Source: an uncultured Armatimonadia bacterium (lineage in GTDB: Bacteria > Armatimonadota > Zipacnadia > Zipacnadales > UBA5352). Taken from it: DNA of 57,913 nt. How positions within the stretch are numbered: the stretch's first letter is position 1; every line of letters begins with the position of its first letter. The stretch covers positions 1 to 57,913 of the forward strand of contig CAZTZN010000008.1 in the NCBI GenBank assembly GCA_964617715.1. The letters are read 5' to 3'. This document shows, piece after piece, positions 56,949 through 57,913 of the stretch. Both the position numbers and the translations under genes were made by a program. The notes beneath the pieces were generated by a model. It was not told the origin of the DNA. It made no database searches and was given only the letters and a program-made list of their open reading frames with translations.

Positions 56949-57913
56949 TCACCGCGGACCGATGATCCGCACGTTGGTCGAGATGGGGAACTCGCGGCCA
57001 CCAACTTCGTAGACGATCTCGGCGAACAGCGCCGAGTGACCCTCCTCCGGGTAGAGTGTACGAGCGATCCACATACCATCGTGCTCGATCGCCGGCTTCT
57101 CCTCCCAGGTGGACGCGCGGAAGTCACGCGTCTGCGTATGCGCCGTCCACTGAGTCACGCGCACCGCGCCCGGCCCCGGGTTGACGGTGAGCTTGAGATA
57201 ACGCCCCTCTTCGAACTCCCAGGACGGTTCGGGCAGCGGCGCGCGCCCGCTGCAGCACAGGAAGAAGCCGATCTGTGCGTTGATCACGCGCATCAGGTCA
57301 TCGAGACCGTGGCCGGAGTTGGGAACGTAGAGGATGTACCTGGGGCCTACCAGCCCGTTCCAGTAGAGATTCGCGGCATCCAGCGGCCAGTAGGGGTCGT
57401 TGGTGCCGGTGATGGTCAGCTTGGGGATGGTGATGCACTCACGCAGCGCATACGGATCGACCATCTCCCCAAGTTGCCGGCCCGCTACGGAACTCAGCAG
57501 GTCCGGCAGCCCACGCTCGGTGTAATCATGGATCATTTCCGAGTAGTCGCCCCAAGCCTCGACCTGGTGGGCCATCTGTGCGGCCATGTTGAGATTATCG
57601 TAGACCATGGGCGCGATACCCACCAGCCGCTCGGGCGCGACCGCACCGGTCCACCAGGTCGTCCATCCGCGCTTGGAGGCCCCGGTGACCACGAAACTCG
57701 TCACCGGCGTGTCCCATCTCTCAGCAGTATATGCTTCGATCGCATCCATAGTGCGCACGGCCGCTTTGGTCATCGGGAACAGCAGCGGCCAGTCCGGCTC
57801 GCCGGTCCGCAGGTATTGCTCGAAGGTATGGGCGATCAGCGCATCCTCGCGCAGGTCATCGAACAGCGGCTGGTTGGGGATGTCGCCGAGCACCACCATA
57901 GGGGCCGACAGCG
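56949..57913 (-). CDS. PhoPQ-activated PqaA-like alpha/beta hydrolase (5' end outside the window)
   Basis: IPNQPL, EDALIAHT, WPLLFPMTKA, VTGASKRGWTTW, GTNDPYW, VPNSGH. Confidence 0.85.
   Translation of the reverse strand, partial: LSAPMVVLGDIPNQPLFDDLREDALIAHTFEQYLRTGEPDWPLLFPMTKAAVRTMDAIEAYTAERWDTPVTSFVVTGASKRGWTTWWTGAVAPERLVGIAPMVYDNLNMAAQMAHQVEAWGDYSEMIHDYTERGLPDLLSSVAGRQLGEMVDPYALRECITIPKLTITGTNDPYWPLDAANLYWNGLVGPRYILYVPNSGHGLDDLMRVINAQIGFFLCCSGRAPLPEPSWEFEEGRYLKLTVNPGPGAVRVTQWTAHTQTRDFRASTWEEKPAIEHDGMWIARTLYPEEGHSALFAEIVYEVGGREFPISTNVRIIGPR

Overview
High-GC bacterial chromosomal window, mostly housekeeping and carbohydrate-related genes. I found no CRISPR array, integrase, transposase or prophage. 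Three prepilin-like proteins (two with a visible H-X9-DG motif), a long MCE protein and many secreted glycan-active proteins suggest a diderm Armatimonadota-like or Planctomycetota-like organism (inference only). Recognisable genes: purN, purD-purE-purF-purM, rplI, dnaB, mlaEFD, queH, larE, larC, pyk, hpf, a ClC channel, nfo, tRNA-Pro(CGG) and a class III ribonucleotide reductase locus. Most notable: (1) an ECF sigma factor coupled to a zinc-finger anti-sigma whose membrane anchor is a pilin-like segment followed by H-X9-DG and DUF4349-like domains; (2) a split NrdD whose glycyl-radical peptide is a separate in-frame 70-aa ORF, behind a degenerate cobalamin-riboswitch-like leader and possible tandem NrdR boxes; (3) an MlaD with a long helical stalk and a C-terminal beta-barrel-like domain; (4) an unexplained double-hairpin element between hpf and the ClC gene. 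All family calls come from motif recognition by eye, not database searches. Start codons were adjusted by hand where the ORF track overshoots.
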